Assembly (NCBI GenBank): GCA_032128115.1
Contig: JAQBHB010000074.1
Span: forward strand, 1 to 10,653
DNA from: Deltaproteobacteria bacterium
Lineage (GTDB): Bacteria > Myxococcota_A > UBA9160 > SMWR01
Length of the DNA stretch: 10,653 nt
Reading direction: 5' to 3'
In this document: piece by piece, positions 7,856 to 10,653 of the stretch
Numbering within the stretch: the first letter of the stretch is position 1
Layout of the letters: the number at the start of each line of letters is the position of its first letter
Translations under genes and position numbers: made by a program
The notes under the pieces: model-generated
What the model saw: the letters and a program-made list of their open reading frames with translations, nothing else
The model's database searches: none
What the model was told of the DNA's origin: nothing

Positions 7856-9214
7856 ATGAAGCTCACGTTTCTCGGAGCCGCCGGCACGGTGACCGGCTCC
7901 AAATACCTGGTGACCACCGAACACGAGCGGGTCCTGATCGACTGCGGTCTCTATCAGGGCGTGAAGCAGTTGCGCTCACGCAACTGGAAGCGGCTGCCCC
8001 TGGCTCTCGAGACCCTCGATGCGGTGATCCTGAGCCACGCACACATCGACCACAGTGGCTACCTGCCCGCTCTCGTGCGCGACGGCTACCGGGGGCGTGT
8101 CTACTGCACGCCGCCGACCGAGGCGCTGTGCCGCATCCTGCTGCCCGACTCGGGGCGCCTCAACGAAGAGGATGCGAGCTACGCCAACCGCAAGGGCTTC
8201 TCGAAGCACCATCCCGCGCTGCCGCTCTACACCGAAGAGGATGCGTCGCGCGCCCTGGAGCGCCTCGTGGGTCTCGAGTTCGGCGAAAGCCTGGAGATCG
8301 GAAGTCTTCGCATCCGCATGAGACCCGCCGGACACATCCTGGGCGCCGGCAGTGTCGAGGTGGCGCACGAGGGCAAGACGCTGCTCTTGTCGGGCGACCT
8401 GGGACGCGACGACGATCTGCTCATGCATCCCCCCGAAGCTCCGGGATCGCCGAACTGGATCGTCATGGAGTCCACCTACGGCGACCGCCGACACGACCAG
8501 GCCGATCCGATCACGGAGCTGGCGGCGTTGCTCGAGCGCACCCTGTCGCGGAACGGCACGCTCCTGATCCCGTCCTTCGCCGTGGGTCGGGCACAGACCA
8601 TCCTGTACTGCCTGCACCAGGTATTCCAGCGCGGCCTGGCACCCCACGTGCCCGTCTATCTCAACAGCCCGATGGCAACCAGCGTGACGCGCCTTTACCA
8701 GCGCTTCTCCGAGTATCACCGTCTCTCGCCCGAGCTCTGCGACGAAATCTGGGGATCCACCCACTTCGTGCGCTCGGTGGAGGAATCGCGTGAGTTGAGC
8801 GAACGCGGAAGCTTTCCGGGTGTGATCATCTCGGCCAGCGGCATGGCCACCGGCGGTCGCGTTCTCCACCACCTGAGGACTCTCGCTCCGAATCGCCGCA
8901 ACACGATCCTTCTGCCCGGCTACCAGGCACCGGGAACGCGAGGCGATGCCATCGCCCACGGCGTCGAGGCCGTCAAGATCCACGGGGCGTACGTTCCGGT
9001 GCGGGCCGAGGTGGCCCAGTTCGACCTGCTCTCGGCTCACGCAGACCAGCGGGGACTGCTGGATTGGCTCGCGAAATGCGCCCAGAAACCGAAGCAGGTG
9101 TATGTGACCCACGGGGAAGCGGTGCCGGCCGATGCGCTGCGCCGCAAGATTGCGGAAACCCATGGCATCACGGCCCGGGTTCCCGAATTCCGGGAAGAGG
9201 TGGAACTCCGGTGA
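7856..9214 (+). CDS. Metallo-beta-lactamase-fold beta-CASP ribonuclease (YSH1/CPSF73-like)
   Basis: GAAGTVTGS, LIDCG, SHAHIDH (HxHxDH), AGHILG, SGDLG, MESTYG, FAVGRAQ, SASGMATGGR, SAHAD and THGE (His in motif C, typical of RNA-acting members). Starts 6 nt after the upstream stop. Confidence 0.93.
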   Translation: MKLTFLGAAGTVTGSKYLVTTEHERVLIDCGLYQGVKQLRSRNWKRLPLALETLDAVILSHAHIDHSGYLPALVRDGYRGRVYCTPPTEALCRILLPDSGRLNEEDASYANRKGFSKHHPALPLYTEEDASRALERLVGLEFGESLEIGSLRIRMRPAGHILGAGSVEVAHEGKTLLLSGDLGRDDDLLMHPPEAPGSPNWIVMESTYGDRRHDQADPITELAALLERTLSRNGTLLIPSFAVGRAQTILYCLHQVFQRGLAPHVPVYLNSPMATSVTRLYQRFSEYHRLSPELCDEIWGSTHFVRSVEESRELSERGSFPGVIISASGMATGGRVLHHLRTLAPNRRNTILLPGYQAPGTRGDAIAHGVEAVKIHGAYVPVRAEVAQFDLLSAHADQRGLLDWLAKCAQKPKQVYVTHGEAVPADALRRKIAETHGITARVPEFREEVELR

Positions 9215-9242
9215 TGGGTCCAGCGGCCCGGTTTCGTTGGCC

Positions 9243-9719
9243 CTAGTTCTTCGCTCCGACCAGCGTCTGGATCGATTTCAGATACTCCACCAGGGTGGCA
9301 ACCTTGCCGCGCACGATCGCCTCGGCGAGGCCGGCCTCGGGAATGCCCGCGCCCAGGTGCTCGCCCCACACCGGCATTTCGCGGGTTCCGTGGGCGGTGA
9401 CGTCGAAGCGGCCGTCGATGTACTTGGCAATTTCTCCCGACGGGAAAACGCCACCCCGGCGCTCGGCGATGCGGGTCAGGTCGGCGGGATGGACGATCAG
9501 GGACGGGGCCGCGGGCCCGTCTCCCTTTCCCGAAAGCCCGTGGCAGGCAGTGCAGTACTGCTGGTAGGTCTCGGCGCCCATCTCGGCGAGCAGGGGGTCC
9601 GCAACATCTCCTTTGGCGAGCCCGGCGAAGATCAGCGACGCCACGGCCGCCGCGAAGGCTCGCGCGCTCCAGCGCCGTCCCACTCGTTCATTTGGCTCAA
9701 TGCGCCAGATCGCCGCCAC
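9243..9719 (-). CDS. Monoheme class I cytochrome c, exported
   Basis: Signal-like N-terminus, CTACH heme motif, PADLT, and HGTREMPVWG with the probable distal Met ligand. SD AGGAGG upstream; GTG 9719 has better spacing than GTG 9722. Confidence 0.9.
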   Translation of the reverse strand: MAAIWRIEPNERVGRRWSARAFAAAVASLIFAGLAKGDVADPLLAEMGAETYQQYCTACHGLSGKGDGPAAPSLIVHPADLTRIAERRGGVFPSGEIAKYIDGRFDVTAHGTREMPVWGEHLGAGIPEAGLAEAIVRGKVATLVEYLKSIQTLVGAKN

Positions 9720-9758
9720 CACGCCCCTCCTGTCGCAGGTTTCCCACTGTGGTGAAAA

Positions 9759-9775
9759 AGCACGAGTCGTGCCAC
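9759..9775 (-). promoter_or_regulatory. Putative sigma54 promoter of the cytochrome c gene
   Basis: Minus strand reads GTGGCACGACTCGTGCT: perfect TGGCACG, GG-N10-GC spacing, and the same GTGCT -12 variant as the pcm promoter. Confidence 0.75.
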
Positions 9776-9814
9776 CCGGGGAAGATCTTCGCGAGCTCCA
9801 CGTGGTTCCAGTGA

Positions 9815-9846
9815 GGCAATCAGGTTCAGCTACGGGGCATTTTGAC
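9815..9846. promoter_or_regulatory. Candidate upstream activator site (copy 2)
   Basis: GGCA-TTT-TGAC (9836-9846) with a GGCA 21 bp upstream; aligns with 4631-4663. Confidence 0.5.
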
Positions 9847-9954
9847 TAGATTCTGACCCATGGGAAACGCAGGGCGTTCCCTGGAGTCGTGGTCGTCCGT
9901 CCGGGGCCCACGCATGCACTGTGTCATCCTGATGGACCACCGAAGGGGAGAGCT

Positions 9955-10653
9955 GTGTCAGCCGGGGATCCGAAACCGTCGGCGGGGAAGGGCGTGGGGA
10001 GTCGCTTCCGCGCGGGCCTGCGCCGTCACGGCGTCATCCGGCGGCCCGTGGCGCTGCGCCCGTTCCTTCGGACGGGCGACCTCCATTTCACCGAAGGCAA
10101 CCGGATCGAGCTGTTTCGGGACGGCCAATCGGGCCTCGCCTCCATGCTGGAGGCCATCGAGACCGCAACGCGCAGGATCCACCTGGAGACCTACATCCTG
10201 CGCGCCGACGAAACCGGGACTCGCTTCCTGGCGGCGCTCGCCGAGAGGGCGCGGGCCGGGGTCGAGGTTCGTCTGCTCTACGACGGAGTCGGGTCGCTGG
10301 GTCTCGACTCGTCCGCGCTCGCAGGTCTTCGCGCCGCCGGCGGCGACACGGTCGCCTTCAATCCCCTGGGTCGGCTGTATCCGCGCTGGGCGCCGCGCCG
10401 GCGCGATCATCGCAAGGTGCTGGTGGTGGACGGCCGCATCGGATTCACCGGCGGCCTGAACGTGGGCGACGAGTACGCGCACGGCAGCCGCTCCCGGGGC
10501 GACGTGCGGACGCCCTGGCGCGACGCCCAGGTGCGCGTCGAGGGACCCGCCGTGCAGGGCCTCGACGCGGTGTTCCTCGAGAGCTGGTTTCGTGCGGACG
10601 GGCCCGATCTGCCCTGGGACGGCGGAATCCCGCCCCCCGCACCGGCCGCCGGC
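9955..10653 (+). CDS. cls: Cardiolipin synthase / phospholipase D family (ClsB-like), 3'-truncated; absent from the ORF track
   Basis: Frame 1 from GTG 9955 (after AAGGGGAG) reads FTEGNRIELFRDG...IHLETYI...GVEVRLLYDGVGS...RRDHRKVLVVDGRIGFTGGLNVGDEY...WRD. HKD motif at 10408-10431. Open to the window end, with no N-terminal TM hairpin. Confidence 0.92.
   Translation, partial: MSAGDPKPSAGKGVGSRFRAGLRRHGVIRRPVALRPFLRTGDLHFTEGNRIELFRDGQSGLASMLEAIETATRRIHLETYILRADETGTRFLAALAERARAGVEVRLLYDGVGSLGLDSSALAGLRAAGGDTVAFNPLGRLYPRWAPRRRDHRKVLVVDGRIGFTGGLNVGDEYAHGSRSRGDVRTPWRDAQVRVEGPAVQGLDAVFLESWFRADGPDLPWDGGIPPPAPAAG

Noticed and set aside
5738..7924. 728-aa minus-strand ORF and other long overlapping ORFs (7333-8793, 7976-9163, 1595-2695, 755-1585, 9860-10459)
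   Set aside because: They are stop-poor alternative frames typical of high-GC coding DNA, show no recognisable motifs, and overlap well-supported genes.
9780..9870. FNR/CRP box upstream of cytochrome c
   Set aside because: No correctly spaced TTGAT-N4-ATCAA or TGTGA-N6-TCACA is present.
9902..9918. GG-N10-GC spacing upstream of cls (CGGGGCCCACGCATGCA)
   Set aside because: Poor -24 box (no TGGCA), so it could be chance in GC-rich DNA.
1..10653. CRISPR arrays, IS elements, integrases, rRNA or tRNA genes
   Set aside because: No regularly spaced direct repeats, transposase or integrase motifs, or structural RNA signatures were seen.

Overview
GC-rich bacterial DNA (roughly two-thirds G+C by eye); the gene content and frequent sigma54 promoters would suit a Myxococcota/deltaproteobacterial-type genome, but that is inference. 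Left to right: 3' part of an SDR oxidoreductase, a secreted TPR-like protein, a sigma54-preceded outer-membrane beta-barrel plus rhodanese lipoprotein pair, a CDF metal transporter (minus strand), an internally deleted and frameshifted ftsH remnant, a tightly coupled four-gene operon (pcm, PRPP-synthetase-like protein with a probable CTG start, archaeal-type AMP/NMP phosphorylase, beta-CASP ribonuclease), a convergent monoheme cytochrome c, and the 5' part of a cardiolipin synthase. The main candidate system is the four-gene operon. It reads as a sigma54-controlled RNA -> NMP -> ribose-1,5-bisphosphate -> PRPP recycling and protein-repair module, with no RuBisCO or R15P isomerase in the window. 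It shares a probable enhancer element with the cytochrome c/cls intergenic region.
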